A stretch of DNA of 32,000 nucleotides from an uncultured Pseudobdellovibrionaceae bacterium (GTDB lineage Bacteria > Bdellovibrionota > FAC87 > UBA2466). Where the stretch lies: assembly GCA_964396165.1 (NCBI GenBank), contig CAYNEF010000009.1:52354-84353 (forward strand). The letters are read 5' to 3'. Position numbers and translations under genes: made by a program. Shown here one piece after another: positions 1-9,928 of the stretch. The notes under the pieces were generated by a model. It searched no databases. It was not told where the DNA came from and saw nothing but the letters and a program-made list of their open reading frames with translations. Every line of letters starts with the position of its first letter. Position 1 is the first letter of the stretch.

Positions 1-2931
1 ATCGGCCTTTCAGAAAAAGGAATTTTAAAAAAATACAATGTGGAATTGATTGGTGCCAAAGAAACTGCGATTCGTTTGGCAGAAAGCCGTGAACTTTTCA
101 AAGGCGTTCTTGATCGTGTGAATGTCGGCTACCCTAAGGGTGGCTTTGCAAAGAACATGCAGGAAGCTGAAAAAGTCGTCGAAGAAATTGGTTTTCCTGT
201 GATTATTCGTCCCTCGTTTACACTCGGGGGCACTGGCGCCGGCATGGCGTACAATATTGAAGAATTCAAAATTGAATGTGCGAAGGGGATTGAAGCAAGT
301 CCTGTCAGCGAAGTTTTAATTGAAGAATCTGTTTTGGGATGGAAAGAGTATGAACTCGAAGTCATCCGCGACACAAAAGACAATGTCGTTATTATTTGCT
401 CGATCGAAAATATTGATCCCATGGGCGTACATACTGGCGACAGTATTACCGTTGCGCCTCAACAGACACTCACAGATAAAGAATACCAAGTGATGCGTGA
501 TGCTTCGATTCGTATCATTCGCGAAGTGGGCGTAGATACTGGGGGCTGTAATATCCAGTTTGCGGTTTGTCCAAACACAGGACGCCAGGTTGCTATCGAG
601 ATGAACCCACGCGTGTCGAGAAGTTCCGCACTTGCTTCCAAGGCCACTGGGTTTCCCATCGCTAAAATTGCGGCAAAACTTGCTGTCGGTTACACGCTCG
701 ATGAAATACCCAATGACATCACCAAGAAAACGCCTTCGTGTTTCGAACCCAGCATCGATTACGTGGTCACAAAAATGCCTCGCTTCGCATTTGAAAAGTT
801 TCCTAGGAGTGACAACAGACTTTCTCCCTCGATGAAATCTGTCGGTGAGGCAATGGCGTTTGGGAGAACTTTTAAAGAGTCCTTTCAAAAAGCACTGCGG
901 TCGCTTGAAATTAAATTGTGGGGCTTGAATCCTGTACAAGAACGAAGGAAATTACGTTCTGGCCAAACCTGGGCGGATGGAATCAAAAGTTATATCAAGG
1001 AAGCAAAGCCAGACCGTTTGCTTTGGGTAGCACAAGCTTTTCGTGAAGGTGTCAGCGTAGAAGACGTATATACAATTACAAAAATCGATCCGTGGTTTTT
1101 AAGACAAATTTCCGAAATTGTAGCCGAAGAAAAAGATATCGCTCACTGGGCAGGAAAATTAAATACTGTTCCGCAAGAAAAAATGTATTCCTGGAAGCGT
1201 CAGGGTTTTTCAGACGCAGCTATTGCACACTTTTTAAAATCTTCGGAAGATCAGGTAAGAGCTAAAAGACACCAACTGCATCTGGCACCGGCCTACAAAA
1301 TGATTGATACATGTGCTGCCGAATTTCAGTCGGAAACACCGTATTTTTATTCCACTTACGAAAAGACAAGCGATCTCGTCCCGGATACAGGTAAAAAGAA
1401 AGTCATGATTTTGGGCGGTGGCCCGAACCGAATCGGACAAGGAATTGAATTTGACTACTGTTGCGTTCAGGCAGCTTTTGCGCTTCGTGAAGAAGGCTAC
1501 GAGTGCATCATGGTGAATTGCAATCCTGAGACAGTGAGTACCGATTACGATATCAGCGACAAACTGTATTTCGAACCGCTTTTTCTAGAAGATATTTTAA
1601 ATCTGATTGATAAAGAAAAACCGATGGGCCTAGTAGTCCATTTTGGTGGACAGACTCCTCTTAATTTGAGCAGGCAACTCGCCAAATACAATGCGCCAAT
1701 CATCGGCATGGACGCAAAAGCAATCGAAGTAGCAGAAGATCGCGATAAGTTCCGTGCTCTTTGTTATGAGCTTTCCGTACGCCAGCCCGAAAGCGTGACG
1801 GTAAATCAACCCGTGCAAGCGCTAGAAGCTGCCGAGCAATTGGGTTTTCCACTTCTTGTTCGCCCTTCCTTTGTGTTGGGTGGACGTGGGATGGAAATCA
1901 TTTACAACTCACGTGATTTTCAAAAGTGGATGATGAAGGGAATTGAAATTTCTCCTGAGTCGCCTCTTCTCATCGACAGGTATTTAAGAAATGCAATTGA
2001 AGTGGATGTCGACGCTATTTGCGATGGTGAAGACGTGCATATTTGTGGAATCATGGAACAGGTGCAAGAAGCCGGCGTACATTCAGGCGATTCCGGTTGT
2101 TCTGTTCCCCCGATGACTTTGTCCAAAGAAATTCAGGATGAATTAAAAACGCAAACTGCAAAACTTGCGCTCGCATTGAACGTAAAAGGTTTGTTGAATA
2201 TTCAGTGGGCGATTGAAGACGGAAAAGTTTACGTGATTGAAGTGAACCCGCGTGCTTCGCGCACGGTTCCTTTTGTCAGCAAAGCCAATGGAATTCCGTA
2301 CGCTAAAATCGCGATGAAAGTAATGCTTGGTAGAAAACTAAAAAGTTTTGGCGATTTAAAACCGTGCTCTGATCTATTTTACGTAAAAGAAGCAGTATTT
2401 CCCTTCAATCGATTCCCCGGCACAGACATTATTTTAGGCCCTGAAATGCGTTCGACTGGTGAAGTAATGGGGGTAGGAAAGACTTTCGCTGAGGCTTTTG
2501 GGAAATCCATTATCGCTTCAGGCTTTAAAATACCCCTCTCTGGGACGGCTTTTTTGAGTGTGAGAGACGTGGATAAAGAGGGTATTTTGCCTGTTGCACG
2601 TGAATTATCGGAGCTTGGCTTTGATTTATGCGCGACCCGTGGAACTGCACAATACTTGGAAAAACAAGGACTTAAGGTCGCATTGGCCAATAAGGTAAAC
2701 GAAGGTCGTCCGCATTGCGTTGATCTCTTGAAAAATGGTGAAATTCAGCTAGTTATAAACACTTCGGCCTTAGGAATTCACGAAGTGGGAGCCGCGTATG
2801 ATTTGCGGCGCACGACTCTGATGAAAAACATTTGTTATTTTACAACTGTCGCTTCCGCAAGGGCCGGGGCTCTGGCAATTAAAGAGCTAAAAAAGGTGCC
2901 GCTAGAAACACACTGCTTGCAGGAGAGATAG
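1..2931 (+). CDS. carB: carbamoyl-phosphate synthase large subunit, 5'-truncated by the window edge
   Basis: The frame is open from base 1 ([20 protein letters not shown]...), so the Met listed at 40 is internal. It has duplicated ATP-grasp halves ([15 protein letters not shown] and [16 protein letters not shown]; [19 protein letters not shown] and [17 protein letters not shown]) and an MGS-like C-terminal domain. Confidence 0.95.
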   Translation: MGLSEKGILKKYNVELIGAKETAIRLAESRELFKGVLDRVNVGYPKGGFAKNMQEAEKVVEEIGFPVIIRPSFTLGGTGAGMAYNIEEFKIECAKGIEASPVSEVLIEESVLGWKEYELEVIRDTKDNVVIICSIENIDPMGVHTGDSITVAPQQTLTDKEYQVMRDASIRIIREVGVDTGGCNIQFAVCPNTGRQVAIEMNPRVSRSSALASKATGFPIAKIAAKLAVGYTLDEIPNDITKKTPSCFEPSIDYVVTKMPRFAFEKFPRSDNRLSPSMKSVGEAMAFGRTFKESFQKALRSLEIKLWGLNPVQERRKLRSGQTWADGIKSYIKEAKPDRLLWVAQAFREGVSVEDVYTITKIDPWFLRQISEIVAEEKDIAHWAGKLNTVPQEKMYSWKRQGFSDAAIAHFLKSSEDQVRAKRHQLHLAPAYKMIDTCAAEFQSETPYFYSTYEKTSDLVPDTGKKKVMILGGGPNRIGQGIEFDYCCVQAAFALREEGYECIMVNCNPETVSTDYDISDKLYFEPLFLEDILNLIDKEKPMGLVVHFGGQTPLNLSRQLAKYNAPIIGMDAKAIEVAEDRDKFRALCYELSVRQPESVTVNQPVQALEAAEQLGFPLLVRPSFVLGGRGMEIIYNSRDFQKWMMKGIEISPESPLLIDRYLRNAIEVDVDAICDGEDVHICGIMEQVQEAGVHSGDSGCSVPPMTLSKEIQDELKTQTAKLALALNVKGLLNIQWAIEDGKVYVIEVNPRASRTVPFVSKANGIPYAKIAMKVMLGRKLKSFGDLKPCSDLFYVKEAVFPFNRFPGTDIILGPEMRSTGEVMGVGKTFAEAFGKSIIASGFKIPLSGTAFLSVRDVDKEGILPVARELSELGFDLCATRGTAQYLEKQGLKVALANKVNEGRPHCVDLLKNGEIQLVINTSALGIHEVGAAYDLRRTTLMKNICYFTTVASARAGALAIKELKKVPLETHCLQER

Positions 2932-3405
2932 ATGAGTCAAGTTCCGATGACGCTGAAGGGGAAGCTGAAGCTTGAAGAAGAAATCAAGCATTTGAAAACA
3001 GTAGTGCGCCCTCAAATTATAGAAGAGATTGCCGTTGCCCGTTCTCACGGGGATTTATCTGAAAATGCTGAATACGATGCCGCAAAAGAAAAACAGGCAT
3101 TCTGTGAAGGCCGCATTAAAGAAATCGATGATAAACTTGCGCGCGCGCAGGTGATTGATCTTTCTACTGTTACCACGGATAAAGTTGTATTTGGTGCGAC
3201 AGTTGAATTAGCAGATACCGAAACGGGCGAAAAGAAAAATTATTCCATCGTAGGTACAGACGAAGCCAATATTAAATTGGGTTTACTCTCTATTGATAGC
3301 CCGGTTGCGCGTCAGCTTGTCGGTAAAAAAGAAGGCGATGTCGTGACGATTCGAATTCCCAAAGGCGAAGTGGAATACGAAATCTTATCTGTTAAGTACG
3401 AATAA
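2932..3405 (+). CDS. greA: transcription elongation factor GreA
   Basis: 157 aa with the GreA signature [20 protein letters not shown] and a C-terminal FKBP-like domain. The ATG directly abuts the carB stop (TAGATG). Confidence 0.93.
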   Translation: MSQVPMTLKGKLKLEEEIKHLKTVVRPQIIEEIAVARSHGDLSENAEYDAAKEKQAFCEGRIKEIDDKLARAQVIDLSTVTTDKVVFGATVELADTETGEKKNYSIVGTDEANIKLGLLSIDSPVARQLVGKKEGDVVTIRIPKGEVEYEILSVKYE

Positions 3406-4056
3406 TTATTTTTTCCACTCACTCGAGAAAGCTGTTTTTCCTTCAGGAATTTGGGGATAGTTCTGCTTTGCTTTCTCGGCAAAAGGTTTAAGTTGGTTCG
3501 TTTGTTCTAAATGCTTCAGGAAATCAAAGGCCTGATCGCTCGGAAATCTGCTTTCTTGCGTATTCCCGCGATCGCGACGCGCGCGGTTCATATACAGCTC
3601 CGGATCTTTATGAAACTCCGGATCGGAAAATACTCGTTGCTCTAGGAAATCTAATATTTTTTCTCTGCCCTCTCTGGAAGGAGGGTAACGTAAATCGGGT
3701 GATTTAAAATAGGCCCGGGCAGTTTTTCTCAATTCGGGGCTTTTTGCTTCAGCTTCCTCGATGGCTTTTGCTTCTTCTGCGGCTTTGCGTTCTTCCGCTT
3801 CTTTAACTTCTCTTTCTTTACGTTCTTTCTCCTCTCTGAGTTCCTTTTCTCTGGATGTTTTTATTGTATCAAGAATGTATTCGCGTACTCCATCACTTAC
3901 CCTGGCAGCTTTAAGATCTGCATCCACAGCGGCTAGTATTTTTAACAGTTCAGGACAGGTCTCATCTGCGTAACTTCTTGGAGTATAAAGAGTAACAAAC
4001 ATTAAAAGGCTGCAGGTGATGAGTTGAAGAAGAAGACTAAAATTTTTCTTAATCAT
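3406..4056 (-). CDS. hypothetical secreted protein with a Glu/Lys-rich helical segment
   Basis: Signal-peptide-like N-terminus (MIKKNFSLLLQLITCSLLMFVTLYTPRSYA) and a central EK-rich low-complexity stretch. It starts 9 nt downstream of the cytochrome-like gene, with AAGGA before the ATG. I recognise no family. Confidence 0.55.
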   Translation of the reverse strand: MIKKNFSLLLQLITCSLLMFVTLYTPRSYADETCPELLKILAAVDADLKAARVSDGVREYILDTIKTSREKELREEKERKEREVKEAEERKAAEEAKAIEEAEAKSPELRKTARAYFKSPDLRYPPSREGREKILDFLEQRVFSDPEFHKDPELYMNRARRDRGNTQESRFPSDQAFDFLKHLEQTNQLKPFAEKAKQNYPQIPEGKTAFSSEWKK

Positions 4057-4065
4057 GATGCATCC

Positions 4066-4407
4066 TTAATTATTAGGTGCGCCGGCGTTGATCCAACTTG
4101 CGATGGCTGCAAGTTGAGCGACTGATGGCACAGTTCCATCTTTGGGCATTCTACCAGAATTGATTGCAGTATAGAGGGGACTTGTTGCGGCACTTCCACT
4201 GACCACTGCCTGCATGGTGCCGGCGTAACTCTCAAAACTATACCCACCTGAGGTGCCGTGGCAGCCGGTACAACCAGGAGTTAAAATATTTTGTGAAATC
4301 GAGCTGTAGGTTGCCGTGACCGCGACTGATTGGTCAATCGTGGAGCCGCTTTTAGAGCAAGAAGAAAGTAAGATTGCCGCAAGAAGTAAGATACAGGTCT
4401 TTGTCAT
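4066..4407 (-). CDS. small lipoprotein with a single c-type haem-binding motif (planctomycete-type cytochrome c-like domain)
   Basis: Lipobox LLSSC follows a hydrophobic leader. There is one CXXCH (CTGCH), a distal Met-Pro (GRMPKDG) and a C-terminal WINAGA, which is the pattern of PSCyt1-like cytochrome c domains. Confidence 0.7.
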   Translation of the reverse strand: MTKTCILLLAAILLSSCSKSGSTIDQSVAVTATYSSISQNILTPGCTGCHGTSGGYSFESYAGTMQAVVSGSAATSPLYTAINSGRMPKDGTVPSVAQLAAIASWINAGAPNN

Positions 4408-4488
4408 AAAAAGATTATCTTAGCCCGAGTCTACTTCGTCAAACCGGGCTTGTGTAATGGGAACTTAAGATTTAGTCTGCAACTACTT

Positions 4489-6570
4489 ATGAGTGACGTC
4501 CTCGGTAACTCGATTACATACATTAAAGGAGTGGGCCCAAAGCTTGCTCAAGTGCTGCACAAAAAGGGAATCGACACGCTTGAGGATGCACTTTATTTTG
4601 TGCCGCGTCTTTATGAAGACAGAAGGCGCATTATCCCTATCGCTTCGCTTCAGCCCAATACTACAGCCACAATTTCTGGAAAAGTTGTCAGCGCAAAAGA
4701 AGTGGGATTTACGCGTTACCAGAAACGTTTTGAAGTAACGCTAGCTGATGCGACAGGACGTACCGTTCTTACCTGGTTTAGAGCGTATCCTAGTCTGAAA
4801 GAAGAGTTCAAAGTGGGAACTTCCTTTCTCGTGAATGGAGAAGTGAAGTTGTACCGCGGGCTTTCGCAGATCACCCATCCAGATTACGAAAAAATTGAAG
4901 AGTTTGTAGACGGAAAACCAAAGGCTTCGATTAATTTTGGGCGCATTGTTCCTGTTTATAGCGAGACCGAAGGCTTGCACCAGAAAACAATTCGCAAAAT
5001 CATGGGGGAAGTTGTCCGTACTTCCGTAAAAGAATTGCATGACGTCTTACCGGAAGAAATGCGTGCACGTCTGGAACTTCCCACACTCAGACAAAGTTTT
5101 GTGGATCTCCATTTTCCAAAAACATTGCCGGAAGAAGGGCTTCCGTTAGATGCCCTGAAAAGAATCATCTTTGAAGAGTTCTTCGTATTGCAACTTGGCT
5201 TAGGCTTAAGAAAAAGAGAAACGCAAAAGAAAACGGCGCCTGCGTTAGTAAATAAAAACGGTGCTTTGGAAAAGTATATTGCAGGCCTTCCTTTTTCTCT
5301 TACAGGAGATCAGAAAAAGGTAATCGAGCAGGTGAATCACGATATTGCTCGTCCGCTCATGATGACAAGACTTGTGCAAGGGGATGTGGGATCTGGAAAA
5401 ACAGCCGTGGCGTTTGCAGCTGTCTCTGTCACAGCAAGTTCTGGTTACCAAACTGCGATCATGGCACCCACGGAATTACTCGCCATTCAGCACGCAAAAA
5501 GTGCTGCGGCGTTATTGCCTGACTTAAAAGTTGCACTTCTTACGCATAGTACGGCTAAGGACAAAGAGCTTCACAAGACGATTCACTCAGGCGAAGTGAG
5601 TTTGGTGATTGGAACGCATGCTCTCTTTCAAGAAAACGTAAAGTTTAAAAAATTGGGTCTTGTGATTGTGGATGAACAGCACCGCTTTGGGGTAGAGCAA
5701 CGCGCGGATTTACTTAAAAAGAGCGAGAAAGAAAATGCGCATCTTTTAATGATGACGGCCACTCCGATACCGAGAACTCTTGCGCTGACACTCTATGGAG
5801 ATTTGGACTTAAGTATCATCCGGGAAAAACCGCAAAACCGCAAAAAAGTGAATACGACGATTTTAAAAGATCGGGACTTGCCACGCGTTTATCAAAAGAT
5901 CAACGAGACTGTCGCAAGGGGCGAACAGGTTTATATAATTTATCCTTTGATTGAGGCGTCTGAAAAATTGGAATTAAAATCAGCGACTGAGATGTACGAG
6001 AAGCTTCGAAAAGAAATATTTCCTACGCTGAAACTTGCTTTGTTGCACGGTAGGATGAAGGGACAGGAAAAAGAAGACATCTTAAAGGCATTTAAGAACC
6101 GCGAATTTGATATTTTAGTTTCTACTACGGTAATTGAAGTAGGGATCGATGTTCCCAATTCGACGTTAATGGTGATTGAACACCCTGAACGTCTGGGGTT
6201 ATCGCAGTTGCACCAGTTAAGAGGACGGGTGGGTCGTGGAGACAAGCAAAGTACGTGTTTACTTGTGGTGGATAAATTCGTTTTACCTCGTTTAAGAGTA
6301 ATGGAAACATCGGATGATGGCTTTGTGATCGCGGAAGAAGATTTAAAATTCCGTGGGCCAGGAGAGTTTTTGGGTACAAGACAAAGCGGTCTTCCTGGTT
6401 TCAGGGTAGGGCATATCTTAAGGGATGCATCCTTATTGGAACTAGCGCGAAGTGAAGCGGAAGCAATTCTTTTGAAAGATCCCACACTGGATTTAAAAGA
6501 AAATTCCGGCATTCGTAAAATGGTAGAAACCCGCTGGAAACAAAAAATTGAGAGACTTAGAGGAGGGTAA
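4489..6570 (+). CDS. recG: ATP-dependent DNA helicase RecG
   Basis: Helicase motifs GDVGSGKT, VIVDEQHRFG, MTATPIPRT and QLHQLRGRVGRG, with an N-terminal wedge/OB region. I prefer the ATG at 4489 (MSDVLGNS...) over the in-frame TTG at 4450 used by the ORF track. Confidence 0.93.
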   Translation: MSDVLGNSITYIKGVGPKLAQVLHKKGIDTLEDALYFVPRLYEDRRRIIPIASLQPNTTATISGKVVSAKEVGFTRYQKRFEVTLADATGRTVLTWFRAYPSLKEEFKVGTSFLVNGEVKLYRGLSQITHPDYEKIEEFVDGKPKASINFGRIVPVYSETEGLHQKTIRKIMGEVVRTSVKELHDVLPEEMRARLELPTLRQSFVDLHFPKTLPEEGLPLDALKRIIFEEFFVLQLGLGLRKRETQKKTAPALVNKNGALEKYIAGLPFSLTGDQKKVIEQVNHDIARPLMMTRLVQGDVGSGKTAVAFAAVSVTASSGYQTAIMAPTELLAIQHAKSAAALLPDLKVALLTHSTAKDKELHKTIHSGEVSLVIGTHALFQENVKFKKLGLVIVDEQHRFGVEQRADLLKKSEKENAHLLMMTATPIPRTLALTLYGDLDLSIIREKPQNRKKVNTTILKDRDLPRVYQKINETVARGEQVYIIYPLIEASEKLELKSATEMYEKLRKEIFPTLKLALLHGRMKGQEKEDILKAFKNREFDILVSTTVIEVGIDVPNSTLMVIEHPERLGLSQLHQLRGRVGRGDKQSTCLLVVDKFVLPRLRVMETSDDGFVIAEEDLKFRGPGEFLGTRQSGLPGFRVGHILRDASLLELARSEAEAILLKDPTLDLKENSGIRKMVETRWKQKIERLRGG

Positions 6571-6657
6571 TTAATTAGCATATTGTGGAAGAGGGGGTAA
6601 GCGCTCCAACCCCGAAGTCGCGTTACCCCCTCTTCCACAATATGCTAATTAATTACC
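6566..6657. repeat. hairpin A: perfect 35-bp inverted repeat (6566-6600 / 6623-6657) around a 22-nt loop
   Basis: Checked base by base: 35/35 Watson-Crick pairs. The left arm contains the recG stop codon (TAA 6568-6570). No T-tract follows. The loop GCGCTCCAACCCCGAAGTCGCG is the reverse complement of a sequence homologous to the loop of hairpin B. Confidence 0.9.
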
Positions 6658-6690
6658 GACAATCTAAGTATTGGGTTATTTGAGGAGTGG

Positions 6691-7458
6691 ATGATGGAAC
6701 TAGGACTTAAAGGAAAAGTGGCGTTTGTACTGGGGGGAACTTCTGGGATTGGTTTTGCGATTGCCGAAGAACTTGTGAAAGAAGGGGCTGACGTCATTAT
6801 TGCCAGCCGTGACTTTAATCATGTCGATAAGGCTGTAAAGTATTTGAAGCGGATTAATCCCACTTCCAAAGTGATGGGAAAGCAGATTGATTTACTCGAT
6901 AGTAAAAAAATTCAGAAGACCTTAAGTGAAACTCTTAAACAAACGGGTATTGATATCTTGATTAATAATGTGGGCGGCCCTGCCAGTGGTCTCACTCCTG
7001 ATATTTCGATGGAAGATTGGGATAGGGGATACCAAAGTTTGCTTCGTTCGGTACTTTTAACGACTAAAGCAGTTCTTCCCGGGATGAAAAAGAAGAAATG
7101 GGGTCGCATTCTGACTGTTACCTCAACTGCCGCGCGAGAAATTATTCCCAAACTTCCCGTAAGCGCCACTTTTCGTGCGGGGCTATCTGCATATGCCAAA
7201 GTACTTGCTAAAGACATCGGACGTGACGGGATTCTCGTAAACAATTTATTGCCCGGTCCAACGAATACGACACGGTTATCAGAGCTAAAAAAGAAAAGCC
7301 CGGCTTTTTTTAACTCCATGGCAGCTGAAACAGCGCTTGGCCGAATTGCTGAGCCGGAAGAAATTGCACGCGTTGCTGTTTTTCTCTGCTCCCAAGCAAA
7401 TTCCTACATCACAGGCACAGACGTGCTCGCTGACGGCGGTTACACCAAAGCTCTTTAA
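6691..7458 (+). CDS. SDR-family oxidoreductase (3-oxoacyl-ACP reductase-like)
   Basis: Rossmann motif GGTSGIGFAIA, NNVG, and a typical SDR length. GAGGAG lies at 6682-6687, so the second ATG (6694) may be the true start. Confidence 0.85.
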   Translation: MMELGLKGKVAFVLGGTSGIGFAIAEELVKEGADVIIASRDFNHVDKAVKYLKRINPTSKVMGKQIDLLDSKKIQKTLSETLKQTGIDILINNVGGPASGLTPDISMEDWDRGYQSLLRSVLLTTKAVLPGMKKKKWGRILTVTSTAAREIIPKLPVSATFRAGLSAYAKVLAKDIGRDGILVNNLLPGPTNTTRLSELKKKSPAFFNSMAAETALGRIAEPEEIARVAVFLCSQANSYITGTDVLADGGYTKAL

Positions 7459-7540
7459 GGAATAGACACCTTAACATTTGTTGCAACTTCTGTGGCGTGA
7501 CTCTTACTGCTAATGGAGATTGGTTGTATGATTAATTTAT

Positions 7541-8371
7541 ATGAAAAAACTATTCTTGGTTTTTCTACTCCCTGTGATGGTTATTGCTTATTCCGAAGGC
7601 GAGTTCTACAAGTCTCACCCCTTTAGAGGGAATACGCTCCCCCAGGAGCTGTTACTGGATGCAAGTACTCCACAAGTATTTCTCTATAATGGAAAAGGCG
7701 TATGGGATACAGGCTACGAACACCTGAAAATGTTCTTAAGCGAACACAATGTCTCCTACAAAACTGTTTATGCAAAAGATTTAATCGACGGTAAACTCCA
7801 AAGCAATTTGCCAAATACACTTATCATGCCGGGTGGTCAGTCGTGGGAGTATTTGGCGGAGCTTGGCGATCAAGGCGCTGCCAACATCAAGAATTTTGTA
7901 AGAAGCGGGGGCGGGTATATCGGTATTTGTGCAGGGGCTTTTTACGCGACGTCTAACCGAGAAGGTGGGCAGACGACTGGCTCGTACGGAATTGGATTGC
8001 TAGAGGGAACCGCCTATGACGGAACTTCTCTTCACACGACACCCTTTATAGAAGGGATGATGGACATTCCGTTGATGCCGGTGTCATTGAATGCCGGCTT
8101 TCAATCGATGAATCGTATTGTGATGTTTGGTGGACCTTCATTTAAGTACAGCGAAAAGGAAAGTACCGATAAGAAATTGGAAGTACTGGCAAGATTTCAG
8201 GTCGTAGGTGATCCCTCGATGGTTTTATTTCAATATGGCAAGGGCAAAGTGTATTTGTCTGGACCACACTTGGAAATTGAAGAAGATCGCACGGATTGGG
8301 GACAGGCTTTCTATGATCCTGAATCCGATTGGCCACTTTTAGAGCGTGTTTTAAAAACCGTAAGTAACTAA
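7541..8371 (+). CDS. secreted class-I glutamine-amidotransferase-like (BPL_N-like) protein
   Basis: N-terminal signal-like segment (MKKLFLVFLLPVMVIAYS) and a nucleophile-elbow-like GGGYIGICAGAFYA motif, as in GATase1/BPL_N folds. The function is not assignable. Confidence 0.5.
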   Translation: MKKLFLVFLLPVMVIAYSEGEFYKSHPFRGNTLPQELLLDASTPQVFLYNGKGVWDTGYEHLKMFLSEHNVSYKTVYAKDLIDGKLQSNLPNTLIMPGGQSWEYLAELGDQGAANIKNFVRSGGGYIGICAGAFYATSNREGGQTTGSYGIGLLEGTAYDGTSLHTTPFIEGMMDIPLMPVSLNAGFQSMNRIVMFGGPSFKYSEKESTDKKLEVLARFQVVGDPSMVLFQYGKGKVYLSGPHLEIEEDRTDWGQAFYDPESDWPLLERVLKTVSN

Positions 8372-9621
8372 CTTTTCTTTTCGTGTGAGACAAGAGCCGC
8401 GATTACCAAATCGCCACTGACATTCAATGTCGTTCTACACATATCTAAAAACCTATCTACACCGAGAATCAATCCCATCCCTTCAGCTGGCACGCCAACC
8501 GATTGCATTAAGATCATAATCAAAGGCAGTGAGCCTCCAGGTACGCCTGCAGTTCCCACGCCTGCTAAAATAGACATTAATACAACTTGTACTTGCTGGC
8601 CGAGTCCCAGTTGCACACCATAAACTTGCGCGAGGAACAAAACAGTAATGCCTTCAAAAAGCGCCGTACCGTTTTGATTTGCCGTTGCTCCGACTGTTAA
8701 AACAAAGCGCGACACTTTAGGCGGCAGTTTCAATTCTTTTTCTGCGCATTCTAATGAGCGAGGCAAAGTGGCGTTGGAAGAAGCTGTAGAAAAGGCGTAG
8801 AGGTAAACTTCCTTACAACTTCGAAAAAACTGCATGGGCGCGTAGTTAGTAAATGCTTTTAAAAGAAACGAGTACACAACAAATTGCTGGATGAGTAACC
8901 CTACTACCACCACTGCTACATAAAAGATAAGAGATGCGAATATCGTGTAACCGAATTTAAAAGCAGTATTGAATACGATGACAAATACGGCAAAAGGGGC
9001 AAGCTTCATGGCTATTTCAACTACTTTCATCGAGGCTGCAAGAATTTGCTCGAGAACTTTTATCAAAGCATTCTCGTCGTGTTCCTCGGAAGCGTAGACG
9101 AGCCCTATTCCAAACAGCAATGCAAAGAACATGAACGCGAGCATTTCACCGTCGAGAGCGCGAAGTGCGCTGTCTAATGGATTTTTTGTTATCAGTTCTA
9201 CAATAGACTGAGAAGCAGGCTTTGCTTGAGAAGCATTGCCTTGAACTTTTTCCAAAGCTTTTGTTTGTTCGGTAATAATATTGCGATCTATTTGAAAGCC
9301 GACACCTGGTTTTAAAACGTTTACTAATGTGATTCCGATGATGACAGACGCGCTACTTGCTAAAATTGTATAAAATAATGTCTTGCCCGCTACCTTACCT
9401 AAACCCCTCCCTTTGCCGAGCTCATATACGCCTAAAACAAGTGCAGAAAATACTAGCGGCACCACCATCATAAAGATCATTCGTAAAAAGATCTGTCCGA
9501 TGGGTTGCAGCATGTGCGTATTAAAATCGACTAGCCATATCAAATCTGCGTGCGGGTGAAAAACCGTTCCCAGAGCGGCTCCCAGAGTTAATGCGATTAG
9601 TAATTTTGTATGGACTTTCAT
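8368..9621 (-). CDS. dicarboxylate/amino acid:cation symporter (DAACS family)
   Basis: Polytopic membrane protein of 417 aa with the family signature AFSTASSNATLP and a GVPGGSLP hairpin motif. Its stop overlaps the convergent upstream gene by 4 nt. Confidence 0.9.
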   Translation of the reverse strand: MKVHTKLLIALTLGAALGTVFHPHADLIWLVDFNTHMLQPIGQIFLRMIFMMVVPLVFSALVLGVYELGKGRGLGKVAGKTLFYTILASSASVIIGITLVNVLKPGVGFQIDRNIITEQTKALEKVQGNASQAKPASQSIVELITKNPLDSALRALDGEMLAFMFFALLFGIGLVYASEEHDENALIKVLEQILAASMKVVEIAMKLAPFAVFVIVFNTAFKFGYTIFASLIFYVAVVVVGLLIQQFVVYSFLLKAFTNYAPMQFFRSCKEVYLYAFSTASSNATLPRSLECAEKELKLPPKVSRFVLTVGATANQNGTALFEGITVLFLAQVYGVQLGLGQQVQVVLMSILAGVGTAGVPGGSLPLIMILMQSVGVPAEGMGLILGVDRFLDMCRTTLNVSGDLVIAALVSHEKKS

Positions 9622-9880
9622 TTCATCTCCTAATGCAACCCAACATTTATATAAGGGCTACCAGAAAAAAAAGTGACATCAAGTTTAATGTTGCACAGTT
9701 TCAAAATTAAAATGCGCGTCGCAGAAAAATGATTGGATGAGTGCACCATTTTTCAGATCCTATGATGCGGTGTGGATTACTCTAATGAATTAAATACTTA
9801 ACATTCCGCCATAAGTTCGGTAATCTTTTATTAATTCGTTCTTAGTTTTAAAAAGTAGTTGAGTAAACATTAACAAACCG

Positions 9881-9908
9881 TCACCTACACTAGATGTATC
9901 GTAGGTGA
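9881..9908 (+). other. 8-bp stem hairpin (TCACCTAC-N12-GTAGGTGA) 20 nt upstream of the porin start
   Basis: The inverted repeat is read directly from the sequence and lies just before the GAGGAAAC ATG. Its function is unknown; it may be a leader structure. Confidence 0.3.
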
Positions 9909-9928
9909 ATTAACGTAAGTGAGGAAAC

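Noticed and set aside
5940-6638. 232-aa minus-strand ORF overlapping the recG 3' end and hairpin A
   Set aside because: It is antisense to a strongly supported recG frame, starts within the hairpin, and has an implausible composition.
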